Part shown: in pieces, positions 12,521 to 26,663 of the stretch
Position numbering within the stretch: position 1 is the stretch's first letter
How the letters are laid out: every line of letters starts with the position of its first letter
Assembly (NCBI GenBank): GCA_040954595.2
Contig: CM082587.2
Location: 5,568,206 to 5,632,205, forward strand
Direction of reading: 5' to 3'
Source: Balanoglossus misakiensis
Lineage: Eukaryota > Animalia > Hemichordata
Length of the DNA stretch: 64,000 nt
The notes under the pieces: generated by a model
What the model was told of the DNA's origin: nothing
Database searches by the model: none
The model's input: the letters and a program-made list of their open reading frames with translations, nothing else
Position numbers and translations under genes: made by a program

Positions 12521-14168
12521 AGTTGAAGGATCATTTTTAGTGCCATGTGGAAATATTTTAGCGGCTTTTCGAGGCAGTGCTTTTTAAAACACTTTTTTTT
12601 TTTACTGAAAATAAACATTTTTAAGTTGTTCGAAGGAGTCATTGGCAGCTGTGAGTACATGTACAGTGATTTGCGGAGTTGTGGCGTCGAGAAGTTATCG
12701 GACTTTACGGATCTCGAGGAGCATGACGTGTACAATGTAGAGACTTTGAACTATAAAACATTGGCATCATGTGTGTTTACGAAGATCCACATGCGAGTTG
12801 GAATGTTATACTGAATGAGTGGCCCTGGACGATGGCATTTACATATTTCGATGGTCTGAAGATCACCCACCCATTGTTCTCATATCTGAATAATTTTCTG
12901 CTGGAAAAGATGAGGAGTCTTGCCTGAGAAAGAGTTAAACTCGCTCTCATTTGTTGCCACTGGCTAGATTTGTGTGGTGTGGCAGCTGAGACGTCACCAT
13001 TTTTTATGTCATGAATAAATTTCAGTTGATTTGACCGGATGGTCCAAAAATAAAACTGCTTTTATGGAAATAAACTGCTTGTATTGGTATATCACAAGAT
13101 TGTAAGACTAATTGTAGCTCCATTCCTATACACGAATCTCACACACGCGCTGTGTTGACTGTACAAATTCTTTTAAAGGCAGAAAGCAAACCGCACACCG
13201 ACAATGTGGCCCAGAGATGGGGCTGTCAGAATTTCAATCTATTTACCGGTGTCTGTGACAGACAGAACAATGAAAATGGTCAATCACACAATGAAATGAT
13301 AACAAGGGCCTGTCGTGAAATGACAGGTAATTTAGTGATTTCAATGGCTGATTATAGTTTAGAGGTAACAACGGAAGTTGATTAGGAACCACACCAGTCG
13401 CTAGCCGTGGATATACGTGCCACCCAGATTAATTTTTTTAAAATCTGAATTCAGCGACTTCACCCTTCCCTGTCTTTCTGTGCAGACTATTTGAGCTTTG
13501 ATGACCGAGAATCGACTTTCAAACACAAAGTGACACCATACCAGAAGCATGACTTTATGATGTGAAAATATTGTATTGAATTTTACTCAACCCGACGACA
13601 TAAAAGCTGGTACTTTCACTTTATAAAAAGAACTCGTTTCCGCTTTAATCATGAAGAGCTGCGGAGAATGCAGCAACGTGATTTCATTATTGACATGTTT
13701 CCCTCCCACGCATTGAAAGGGGATGGCGTAAAGAAAACGTAGACTGATGTCAACACCCTATCACTAGAAAGCTACCCAAATTATTCAAATCATCTCAGGA
13801 TATTTTCATATGTTAATTAAGATATACACTGTAATAAGTGACATTTTGTTTGTCACAGACACTCATTAAAATAATTATTTTTATATCCTTAGGAAATGTA
13901 GCGGATGAGCACTTAAAGTACGACATTATTCGGAAGGTTCTTAGGCTCAATCGTTCGCACTTAAAAAGTTGGCATACATTATGACGTGTCTTCATTACCA
14001 TCAGTGAGAAATGTCCGGGCTTCGATATGCTGCTAAATTTAGAAACCAAATTTCTGTCAAAATGACGTCATAAAAATGGTGTATATATATAATATCGTGA
14101 TTGCCGGGTGATACGTCCGGCGGTTTATTAGGTCCTCCCTCTGATATCGGTACAGCCATACCAAAAAT

Positions 14169-16027
14169 ATGAATCTTTTCGCGAAAGTTGTGTTGGTGAT
14201 GGTTGTCGCCGTCTGCCAGGTAAGTTTTTAACGTTTTCACAACAAAACAGTAAAAATGAACATCCGCTGGGGCATTAGGCTATTGGGAGATGATATTGTC
14301 CACCAAAATATAAATTTTGATCAGTTTTAGTCAAAGAGTTTCATTTGGGACACAGTGATTCAAATGTGTATGTGCTATTTTCCTATCGTCAGGCTCCTCT
14401 TGGTCTCGGATCACAGCCCGGTGAGTTCATCGATAAATTTCATGACATTACACATTTCGGAATAATCAGTTTGCGTTCTTTTTTTCGCTCACACACCGTT
14501 GCTCGCTCCGCATAGTTTGGTGAGACCGGCCTGAAGCACTCTCTAGCTAACCAACGTTCCAGCTCGTATACTATTAAACATCGTTTGACTACATCTGTTA
14601 AAAAAACATTGCATGTAGACAGGGACGGATGGATCAATAATGTGTGATTTTATTATAATTTCAGTTTTATTCGCCACGCGTGAGCGGTACGATACAGCCG
14701 AGGCTTCATGTGAGAGAATGGGAATGATTTTAGCGAAAGACACCTCGGAAATGAAGCATCAACAACTGGTTAATCTCATTCTGTCCCAAGGCCACTTCAC
14801 GGCAGATTTCTGGATTAATGGCCGGCACAAATATGCCAATATATTTGAAACCAGCGACGGAGAAGAGCTGAGTGGCTTTCAAAGTTGGGCCTTCGGACAG
14901 CCGGATCAAAGCGGCCTATGCTTATCGCTGTGGTAGGTATCGTGCTAATCTGTGAGGAGGAAAGAGGAATCACAGTTGGGTTTTAGTGAGTTTTCGTGAC
15001 ACTTTGTGCCGACAAACGTGCATTTCGCAAGTGAGTGTTTTTTCTAGTTCACAACGTACCTCTTGGACATTCTATAGCTTGACTTTTACTGCACTCTGCC
15101 AGTAGTGCAGTATTAGTAAGGTACAGTCGTTTTCGCATGAATTGCGGGCGCTCCGTACCTTCACACGAGAAAAGGAGCGCGACTGATGTATGCCATTCGA
15201 AAGGGTGTAACAACATTCTTGAAAACACTCGTGTCTTTCTTTTCTAAATTTCAGGAATAGATATATGCATTCGTGGAATGACGATCATTGCAGTGCCGAC
15301 AAATACTATATTTGCGAACGTCCAGCAGCGCCGGAAATTGGTCAGCCTACAGCAGGACCGCCGAAAATTATTCCGACTACGCCAAGTCCGCCGAAAATTA
15401 TTCCGACTACGGCTAGTCCGCCGAAGATTGTTCCGACTACGGCTAGTCCGCCGAAGATTGTTCCGACCACGCCAAGTCCGCCGAAAATTATTCCGACAAC
15501 TGCAGCCCCGAAATCAGGTCTTTGCTTTACTTAGATCGTGTGACACTTCTACAATCCGAAATTAACTGAAAAATTCAGCTAAGAATAGCCGATTTGATAT
15601 TTTTTATATTTATGGAGAGCAGAAGGACTTAGACATATGTGCACTATCTTGAAAGGTTATATTGAGCTCTAAAGGAGACTTTTTTTATTTTCAAGGAATT
15701 GAAATATTCATGGAAAAGAAAATCTGGACTGATGCGAGAGATTCGTGTTTAGCTAAAGGGATGACTCTGGCGAAGATTATGAACGAAGAAACACACCAAT
15801 TGATTCTCGATGAGATTGCATTAGCTAAGGGTGCTTATACGAATTTCTGGGTAAATGGCCGACTACATGAAGACGGTACTTGGTACACCAGTGACTCTGA
15901 GCCATTGACTTGTTACACACACTGGGCAATTGGAGAACCTAATAGAAGTGGTTATTGTTTACACTTATGGTAATTACATTGTATGTATGTATGTATGTAT
16001 GTATGTATGTATGTATGTATGTATGTA

Positions 16028-16126
<99 letters not shown>

Positions 16127-16294
16127 ATGCATGTATGCATGTATGTATGTATGTGTATGTGAGAGAAACACAAACAAGCAGACAGACTTGGAGGATATTA
16201 CATTCTTGTTTTGTTTTGTTTCAGGGCATATGTGAAGCATGCCTGGGATGACACATCTTGTTACGATGCGAAATCGTATATTTGCCAAGCTTGA
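14169..16294 (+). CDS. Secreted C-type lectin with two CTL domains and a Pro/Thr-rich linker
   Basis: Signal-peptide exon MNLFAKVVLVMVVAVCQ (14169-14219). CTLD1: AEASCE..FWING..WAFGQPD..C..WNDDHC..YICE. CTLD2: ARDSC..FWVNG..WAIGEPN..C..WDDTSC..YICQA*. Six coding exons with consistent phases. Confidence 0.88.
15358..15500 (+). repeat. Coding 30-bp tandem repeat (PPKI[I/V]PTT[P/A]S, about 5 copies)
   Basis: CCGCCGAAAATTATTCCGACTACG(C/G)C(A/T)AGT-like units read directly in the lectin linker exon. Confidence 0.9.
15980..16160. repeat. Compound microsatellite (TATG)n(TG)n(TCTG)n
   Basis: Direct reading; intronic. Confidence 0.95.
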
Positions 16295-17681
16295 GGTGAG
16301 AAAGAACATTTAGTTTCCTTGCATTTTGATTATAACAATTAGCTCAGCATGGGTTATATTGCTTTACGTTTATCGTCCCTTGAAGTCAGCCTTGCCTATA
16401 CACTGGTGCTTATTGTGATTATATGTCTGGCAGTGTTCGAATGTTGAATCCTAGCCTGACAAGAAGAAAAACACATTTGAACTTTTGTTCTTTCAGCTTA
16501 CTCGAATAAGCAGTGGTGTTGGTTGACGGCCGTTGACCTTGAAGATGTATTGCCCGGTTTTCGAGATTCTGATTTGGTGGTGGTGGTTGGTCTGTAGCAA
16601 TTCGTGACAAGAGCACATTATTTGTATTAGAAATAAAAGAGGTATTTTTCGGCAGTTGTGCTATCATGAGTTTTATTTCATCCGCACGATTTGGTGAATT
16701 TGGGTACATAGTCTATCACAGAGATTTCGTTATGAGTGTCAGGATATGCAAATGCTGTATTGCGTATATATCAACGAATTTGTGCAATTAGCAGTGTAAA
16801 TCAAGAGATATTTCACCGAGTTTTACAACATAAGCTAAATTACTTTCCACGTGTAGATTATACTGAATAAAAAACACTCTGCGGTTTCATGGCAACAACA
16901 TGGTAATTTGCATATTTAATGGCCGACGGTTATTGCACTCACCTAGACCTGAAAGTAATGTGACCGATTTGGAAGTGTCACGTACTTGACATATTTTAAC
17001 ATACTATTAACCAATTAAACTGTACGTTCAAGAGTTATGGCTGTATCAAAAAAACAGCGAATATGACGCTGGCTTTTGCAAGTCAGATTTGTGTTATCAC
17101 TTGAAGATTTGACAAAGTGTTTGACTACGTTTAGAAGGCATTTGATTTGTGGCACGTGTATGTGTTTCTCAAGGTTTCAGACATGGTGTATCCAAATTAG
17201 TATCAAGGTGCCTAACCATAAAAAGCAATGATTTCCTAAAACGACGACTTTCTTTCTACCATCAATATTGTACAGTCTGTCGGTGACACAAAATTCAACT
17301 AACTTCTTCATTCATCATCCTCCAAAAGGGACATTTGTTGACAAGTTAAATACATGTAAGGAGCGACAGGTCCAGGGCAACGGAAGGTAAACAGTTGAAT
17401 TTGGGGTCATGGAGACCTGTATCAACAATGTGATTGATTCAAATATGCTAATTTCCCCTCTTGAAATATGCTAATTTCCCCTAGGGGTCTTATATCCCCC
17501 AACTAAATACCCCCGCTTGCCGTTTATAACCTCTAAATGAAGGAGCATCATTCTTGCGATAATTTGAATAAAGCCCAGGGTGAAAGCGCTGTGTGCAGCA
17601 TCTCACGTCGTAGTTTGTATTATACATCTGCGCGAAGCGGTGCACAGTCCGTCTCGCGGCTATATTGGCTTTGAAAGTGGT

Positions 17682-20600
17682 ATGATGGCTTCCCTGACCA
17701 GTAATCCTCTGTTCGTCCTATGCAGTCTTTTCTGCTGTCTCTGCCCCGTGGCTTTGACTCAGGCATTGAATGAAAACGAGACCGCTAATCTACGAGGCTT
17801 CATCTCGACCACGATGGCGTGTAAGAATGTCACCGGGCTGACCATCGCCATGGTCCGCAACGACGAGACCGTCTTCACCGAAGGGTTCGGACACTCCCGT
17901 CTTGGTAACAAAGCACCAGTTACTAAGGAAACACTTTTCAATATCGGCGGGATCACCAGGTCCTTCACATCGGCCATCGCAGCAGACGCTGTTGCAAAAT
18001 CACTGACAACGTGGGACACACCTGTAAGGTCTATGTTAGGAGATGATTTCTGGTTGCAGGGTCAGTATCGCACTGAAGAAGTCAGTCTACGCGATCTTCT
18101 TGGCAGTAAAGTTGGTATTCCAAGCTACTGGGGAGTAACTACGGGAGCTATGGACATTTCGAGAGAAGAATTAGTCAAGTAAGGGTTTTCTGTTCATTTT
18201 CTTGTTAGTTAAGAAAACTGTCTATGCTCTAAGTATTGCAGTGTTATTTCGGTAAAAGTCAAAGGATCGCTCCAGTCGAGTCAGGGGTACGGAGCATTTT
18301 GAAAAGGTAAACTCCACAGACATTTCGTCTGTGCTCATTAAAATTCTCCTAACAACTAGCATTTTCTAGGTATGCCTTCATTGTACATTTTCACTTTCTC
18401 ATCAGAAGAATGCGATTCTTCGAGGAAGCGAAAAAGTTTCGTTCTGGCTGGGTGAACAGCAATTACTTGTATGTACTGGCTGGCCACGTGACAGAAGTGC
18501 TGACGGGAAAACCCTGGGAAGAGGCTGTGAAGAGTACCATTTTTGATAAATTAGGTAGATGTTCCGACTGTCATTTTAGAAAAATTGTTGCCTTGTAATA
18601 TTCGTGGCTCCCGCGTGGCAGTATCTTGTGCATTGGATGAAGGTCCCGCGTTGATAGTGTTAATGTGACCTGATGCTTTCAATATGTTTAATACACTGAC
18701 TGTAGCCTATATCAATGCGTTATATGAGGCCATAAAAAGCACCATGTTGGTAGAGCGCGAAAATTTCCATGCATAAGAATATAATGGGACATTCTTAGAG
18801 GCGGGGTTGCCAACACATAAGCTGTACTTACGTCACCGGGCAAAAAGATTGATATACGACAGTGTAGAACTACTAGGTTCCTATATTTGACATACACGTT
18901 TAATATACGTGCATTTACATACCAAAATGCAAGCTGCAATATATGCGTGACATATAGGTGGTGTATACCCTACTCTCCTGTCCACATCCATGATCAGAGG
19001 GATTATGTGAATGTCAAACGTACAATGTGTCAATTGGAATCTCGTTCTTTGTATATAGGTATGCGTTCATCTCGCGTGAGTGCTGAGATGGGGAACGAGG
19101 ATTGGGCAAACACGTGTTATTCGACGGTGGAATCAGAAGGTAACTGGGTTGAAGTGGACGAGCCAGGACAAGTCAGGTACAATAAAACAACAAAGCACTT
19201 GAAAGTTAAATTTTGCCAGATTTGTCTTTCATTGGAAACTCGACCCTTTTGAATGAGCGATACAAAACCAACGATGTGAGCGATTCGTCCCACGAAACTC
19301 AGAATTAAAGTCTAAGAAAAAACTTTCTTTTCGAATTGTTGATCAGATTTTGTTTTCAAATTTCAAAATTCCGGCCTTTCATATATACTGATTTCATGAA
19401 ATTCCTTTCGTATTCCACATCTTCACAGTATGTTGAACGGGATGGGCCCATCGGCGGGAATATATTCAAATGCTGTCGACATGGCCGAATATGCCAAGTT
19501 TCATTTGAAATTTGGTAGAAACAAGACAGGCCATGAGGTAGTCGACGAATCCACTCTGCGAGATACATACGCACCTGCGTTTTCACCATCGAGAAAATGC
19601 TGTATTTTCAAGCCTACCTACCCTGTAGATGATACAAGTAATATGTACGGTTTAGGTTGGCATACTGGGTCGTACCGAGGTGAGATCATATTCATCTGCA
19701 TATGGCATTGACTGTGTATAATTTTTGTAACCAGAGTCTCTGGTTTGGCACATGCGCATAAGAACGACCGTCGCCCCTTGCATAAATGTTAACCAAAAAA
19801 GAAAGTTTTAAGTTTATTTGTTTGATATTCGATGCAAAATACATTTTCCTATATCCACAAAAATCTGTAGCTCACAGGTAAGCGACAACTGCACTCTGCG
19901 CTGTTTTAAGACCTTCTGACCGTGCGCATCGTGTTTTTTCTATCCGATAGGTTTTGCGAAAGTCTACCACAGTGGTTGGTACGGCGCGTACTATTGTCGT
20001 TTGACGTTGTTCCACGACAAGAAATCTGGTGTCTTCGTTTGTGTGAACAGTCCTGGCGACAACAGAGGCTATGACGCAGAGCACGCCACCACCATGTATG
20101 CATCGGACTTGTTGCTAGGTAAGTCTTCGAGTGATATTGTTTTGCTACTGATGTATAGTAGACTGTGATTTACAATCGGAAGGTTAAATCTGGTCAATCG
20201 GTCAATTTATTTTTTACACGGGCACCGTAAATTATGCGCAAGGCCCAAATTGTATACCTTAGATAACAGACACTTTTTTACGGTAGAAAAAACCGGGAGC
20301 ACACAATGGAGTCTGTGGTTCAACAACAGAATATTTAGTTGAACAACTAGCCTTCTAAAATCAAAAGGTCGCACAGAAAAAAAATGTTCTATGTGTTCTT
20401 ACCTTGCTTGGTCGAGGAGTTACCGAGTCCACAAAAGTCCTGGCCGTACTCAAGCCTCACCAAGGCACACAAGTCCATTGCTGACAAAGTCCGACATTCA
20501 CAGAAGCCTGTTGCTCACTGAAGTCAGTTGCTCACAGTAGTCCGTTGCTCACACAAAGTCCAGCTAGGTAAATTCCTAATTCCCAAGGCGATGTGGTTTG

Positions 20601-21409
20601 ACGTGCTCCTACGAGTCAGTGTTGAGAAGTGTGCCTCGTGTTTTTTGTGAGAATGTCTTTTGTATGGGTGACCATCTGGTTATTACTAATATTTAAATGA
20701 ACTAGTTGAAAAGGCAGGACCTTTTGTTATGCAAAGAAAAGCTACACACAAAAGGACAATAATGTCTTTCTCACGCCTGTAAATACTTTCCATGTTTAAT
20801 ATCTTAGTGTTTTATGTCTTTCACAAAGGTCTAGAACCGTGGCTGGACTCTGACACCGGATGCGCCTACCCAAATCCTTGGAGTGTACCCGCTAGAACAT
20901 ACCCACCGCTAAAGCCTATGACAGATTCCCCTTATACAGCTCGGAGACCGCTGACTGACTATGTTGGCGAATACGGGAACTTCGCGTTCGGGAACTTCTC
21001 AATAACCTATGATGAAGACGGCATGGTTCTCCGCTATACGTTTGGGAAGTTGCTACGAGGAACACTGTCCCCGCACGAGACCTGTGACACGTTGCTGTAC
21101 ATGCGAATAGAGGGCCCAGTCTCGTACCGCGAATACTTCTATTCCCGTCACTACCCTCACGGCTGGGAAGTCGAGTTCACCACAGACGAAGACAACAATC
21201 TGGTTAATCTGACGGCGCCTTATTTAGAGTACACGTCCACACCGGTTTTCACCAAAGGTCTCAAGATGTCAGACGCGCCGAGCCAAGGTGAAGTAAACTG
21301 CAAGATCACAAGCTCAGCACCATCTGGTTATGATCCTATGAAAAGAATCCTTGAGAAAGTCGTGTTCACCATGATCGTCGCGGTTTTCGTGTCTTCCAAT
21401 TTTTTCTGA
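17682..21409 (+). CDS. Beta-lactamase/PBP-fold serine hydrolase-like protein, copy 1 (catalytic residues degenerate)
   Basis: Six exons. Signal peptide; [36 protein letters not shown]; WVNSNYLY; [16 protein letters not shown]; YGLGW; HSG; C-terminal [11 protein letters not shown] domain (DUF3471-like); hydrophobic tail. Confidence 0.85.
20279..20745. mobile_element. Truncated copy of the LTR-like element seen at 31269-31773
   Basis: Near-identical to 31273-31733; left terminus mutated (TTTTACG) and right terminus deleted. Confidence 0.55.
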
Positions 21410-22972
21410 GATAGAACATATACAAAATAGTATATATGTATAGCTTCTGTGTTTGTTTGTTTGATTGCTCGATCAATCCGTTAATGAATGAATGAATCAC
21501 TCAATCAATCAGTCAATCAATCAATTAATCACTTTTACATGAAGTGCCATCTAGAGGTTCCAATTGGCGTCTTCACGATACTTTCAACAAGTTGACCTAA
21601 GTAATGTCAATTGAAATTGGAAACTGCTTTCTACTCAAAGATAAAAAATGAGTGATATGTCTGATTTTTTTTAAGTGGTCAGTCGAATAAATAGAAAGTA
21701 GAGTGATGATGTGTTTATGACTAAGTATCTCGAAGGACGAAGTGGTATTATACATCTTTAAGCTGATCGGTCTGTTCACTGACTGTGTATTAGGAATGCA
21801 CGTCATGCAAGCTATGGACTAGTGGAGTAGGTATAATAGTAAGTCTCAAAACAGTTTCCAAGTAGTGTTTGTCATAAAATATACCAATTTGCAATCAGGA
21901 GATCACACTTCGGGAGGGGGCGGGACTTCAAACTGCAGAAATTGTTGGAACTTGCTGTAAACAGAATATGCAGTCACTGTCCTGTTCCATTGTATTGATA
22001 CATTTACAGTCAAACTGTCGTGGGCTTATTCTGGTCACATCTAAACTTCTGGAAACACCACTTATAGCGGTGGTTCAAGATCATCCTGTTGAAATTGTCA
22101 TTTTTCCTCTTATTTCTTTCTTGGACCTGGTAATGAGCTTTGAATGGTATTGATTATTAGACCTGATTTGATGTCTTATTATCGATACAGTAAGGGTCAT
22201 TGACGTGTTTTTTTTTTCATTCTAAAAACCAATACAATAGTGTGTTGCATAGCTTTTGCAATTATAGCACAATGCGACAAAACGAGGCCTTCACTTTTGT
22301 GGACGACGTATTGAAAGATTTCAGTTTATATGGTAATGCTGACGTGTATGCTGTCATAGTATGCGTCATGAGACCGTTATGTCGTCAATGTACCTGCCAG
22401 ACTGGTGTTAATAGTTCAAGCTCGGACAAAAGTTGTCTAGGTTTACTAGACATGGTCGTTTGTGCAAGCTAGACATTGTCCACATATAAAAATTAGTATT
22501 CACGTTCCCTAAAAATTATAAATTAAATGTACAAATGATTTCCTAACAACTATTTTATATCTGCCAACAATTTTCTATAGAGCGTCTGTGACACAAATTT
22601 CGACTAACTTTAACATCTTTCAAAGAAAACGGACATTCAGGTGACAGTTTGAAAAATGCACATGCGCAACAGGCCCAAGATGACGGTTTTCTTTTCATCA
22701 GAATGGATATTCATGTTCATGCAGTTCAATTTCTGGCCACGGAGAAACAGTACCAAATACGTGATTGGTCTAGATTGTGGCCACCCATAAGATGTCAAAA
22801 TTCTATTCATCTGACATCTTCTATAGACAATTAAATGTAGGGGCGTTGTTCTCGCGACGATTTGAATAAAGCCCGACAGGCTTCGGGACCCAGGACCGAG
22901 AAACCGCACTGTGGCTTGCGTGCGAGGTTGTGAACAGTCAGTCACATGCCCATTGGCTTTGAAAGTGGTAAG

Positions 22973-25900
22973 ATGGTTTCCCTTACCAGTAATCCAGTGC
23001 TCGTCCTATGCAGTCTTTTCTGCTGTCTCTGCCCCGTGGCTTGGTCTCAGACGGCATTAAATCCGACCGAAATCGCCAATCTACGCGATTTCATCTCGAC
23101 CACCATGGCTTGTAAGGATGTCACCGGGCTGACCATCGCCATGGTCCGCAACGACGAGACCGTCTTCACCGAAGGGTTCGGACACACCCGTCTTGGTAAC
23201 GACGCACCCGTTACCGAAGAAACACTTTTCAATATCGGCGGGATCACCAGGTCCTTCACATCGGTCATCGCAGCAGACGCTGTTGCAAAATCACTGACAA
23301 CGTGGGACACACCTTTAAGGTCTACGTTAGGAGATGATTTCTGGTTGCAGGGTCGGTTTCGCACTGAAGAAGTCAGTCTACGCGATCTTCTGGCCGGCAG
23401 AGTTGGTATTCCAAGCTACTGGGGAGTAAGTACGGCAGCTATGGACGTTTCGAGAGAAGAACTAGTCAGGTAAGGTTTTCTGTTCATTTTCTTCTTAGTA
23501 AAATAAAGAAAATATCCACGATCTACTATGTTCACTGGTGAAGGCCAAGGGTAGTCCCTCCAGAGATGATAGCGCTACAGAGCAATTAGTATACGCGTCG
23601 CCGCAGAAACTTGCTGTGCATGTATTCATAAACCTGAGGTTTACTGCAATGAATTTAAATATTGATCTGGTGCATAAATATCCGTTTAATATGGAAATAA
23701 GTGCAAAACCAAACAGGACAAAACTTCACAGCAGTCGAAGTTGTCTTCACACGTGATATAGAGTGACGAGAACTAGTATTTTGAGAATGAATCGTGTTCA
23801 ACAGTAACCGCCCTGATCATCACAATTCTTTTAACGTCTTGAATTTTACACGTGGGTTTTCGTTTTCCCTTTTCATTTTCTCAGGAGAATGCGATACTTC
23901 GAGGGCGCGAAAGACTTTCGTTCAGGCTGGTTGAACAGCAATTACTTGTATGTACTTGCTGGCCACGTGACCGAAGAGCTGACGGGACAAACCTGGGAAG
24001 AGGCTGTGAAGAGTACCATCTTTGACAAATTAGGTAAATGACATTCGTCGTCATTTTTAGAAAAATGTTGGTTTATAACATTTCTGCCTCTTTGGCGTAG
24101 CTTTATGGCGGATACACCTCAGTTTTAACCCCCTAGATAGAACGCACTTCGTTTCACTGTGTGACAGTTCAAAATGGGCGAATGGGCTGGGGGGGGGGGG
24201 GGGTACGAGGGGTGTCGGCGGCAATAATCCACGGTTAGTACGGACCTAAAGAATGACAGCCTCCGTCACGAACAGTGTCTTGTACTCTGGATGAAGGTCA
24301 CGTCAATATTACCGCGACCTGACACTTTCAATAGGGTTAATATACTGATTGTAGCCTACCGGTGCGTTTTAGAAGACCATAAAGACACCATGCTGATAGG
24401 ACGCGAAAATTGCCAATTGCATGTACATACAAACATACACAAAGGGTAGCCAATAGCGGTGCGATTCAGAAGATCATAAACGAACCATGCGGATAGAAAG
24501 CGAAAATTTCCTATTGCATGTACATTGAAATATACATAATGGGACCGTCTGGGTCCTGAAACACATAAAGGCAACACGAATGGTTCTCTCCATACCAAGG
24601 AACAGAGGGGGGTATTTGGATGTCAAATGAACGTATACAAAGTGACATTGAGTTGGAATCTCGTGCATTGTATATACAGGTATGGGTTCATCTCGCGTGA
24701 GTACTGAGATGGAGGACGAGGATTGGGCAAACACGTGTTGGTCGAGGGTGGAATCCGAGGGTGAATGGATTGAAGTGGACGAGCCAGGACAAGTCAGGTA
24801 CAGTAAAACAATAAACCGCGTGAAAATTCAAATTATTTAATTCGTATTTCACTGGAAACATGATGCTTTTGAGGTGAACACTACACATGGGCAGTTCAAG
24901 CTCCCCAAGCTCAAGATTGATGTTGAAATCAGATAAACGATATCAATATCAGACTTTACCAAGTTTGTCTAATTAAATTAATAATTTCTTTTCGAACTGT
25001 TGGTGGGATTTCAGTTTTTAGAAGTGTCGTTTATTTACACTAATTTCATGAAATTATTTCTTCTAATTTTACGTCTTCACAGTATCTTGAATGAAATAGC
25101 TCCAGCGGCGGGAATATATTCAAATGCAGTCGACATGGCCGAATATTCCAAGTTCCATTTGAACTATGGCAGAGACCAGACTGGCGACGAGGTAGTGGCT
25201 GAGTCCACACTGCGAGACACATACGCACCGACGTTCTCACCATCGAGAACATGTTGTCTTTTCAAGCCTACCTACCCTGTAGATGATACAAGTAATATGT
25301 ACGGTTTGGGTTGGCATACTGGGTCGTACCGAGGTAAGATCACATTCATCTGCATATGTGTTTGACCTGTAACCACTGGACGTTGGCGAAACTCACACAA
25401 CCGCGGCAGCAGGCAGGGTAACAGATGTTTTAAGACGTTTTAAGTGACTGGTATTCGATGCAAATGTCCATGAATGGCGTTATCTGCACTCCTTGCTGTT
25501 TTCCGTTCTTCTGACCAAAATGCACGGTGTTTGTATATATACCCGACAGGTTTTGCGAAGGTCTATCACAGTGGTTCGTACAGCGCTGGTTACTACTGTC
25601 GTCTGACGCTGTTCCACGACCAGAATTCAGGTGTCTTCGTTTGTGTGAACAGTCCTGGCGACAACAGAGGCTACGACGCAGAGCACGCCATCAGCATGTA
25701 TGCGTCTGATTTGCTGCTAAGTAAGTTTGTGGGTTATGATTTTATATATCACGTTCTTAATTGAAGATTGTGTTTCTATTTTGTGGAAGTGTCCATATTA
25801 AATACTAGTTTGTAAATGTAATATGTCTTTCGCAAAGATCTGGACCCATGGCTGGACTCTGACACCGGATGTAGCTACCCAAATCCTTGGAGAGAACCCG

Positions 25901-26421
25901 CTAGAACATACCCACCACTGAGACCTATGACGGATTCCCCTTATGCAGCTCAAAGACCACTGACTGACTATGTGGGCGAATATGGGAACTTCGCGTTTGG
26001 GAACTTTTCAATAACCTATGATGAAGACGACATGCTCCTCCGCTATACGTTTGGGAAGCTGCTACGAGGAACACTTTCTCCGCACGAGACCTCCAACACC
26101 ATACTGTACATGCGAATAGAGGGCCCAGTCTCTTACCGCGAATACCTCTATTCCCGTCACTTCCCTCACGGCTGGGAAGTCGAGTTCACCACAGACGAAG
26201 ACAACAATCTGGTTAGTCTGACGGCGCCTTATTTTGAGTACACGTACACACCGGTGTTCACCAAAGGTCTGAAGATGTCAGACGCGCCGATCCAAGTGGA
26301 AGCAGATTGCAGGATCACAAGCTCAGCAACGCGTGTTCACCCCGTGAAAGGAATCCTTGAGACAGCCGTGTTCATCATGATCATCACAGTTCTCATGTCG
26401 TCCATGACTCGCCAAGAATAG
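22973..26421 (+). CDS. Beta-lactamase-like protein, copy 2
   Basis: Same six-exon structure; [19 protein letters not shown]; hydrophobic C-terminal tail. Confidence 0.85.
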
Positions 26422-26433
26422 AACATACACGGG

Positions 26434-26663
<230 letters not shown>

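Noticed and set aside
15358-15500. CRISPR-like regular repeats
   Set aside because: No unique spacers, coding minisatellite, eukaryotic context; the same applies to 62846-63090.
15930-16309. ORFs with CMYV/TDRQ/HT repeats
   Set aside because: Translations of an intronic microsatellite.
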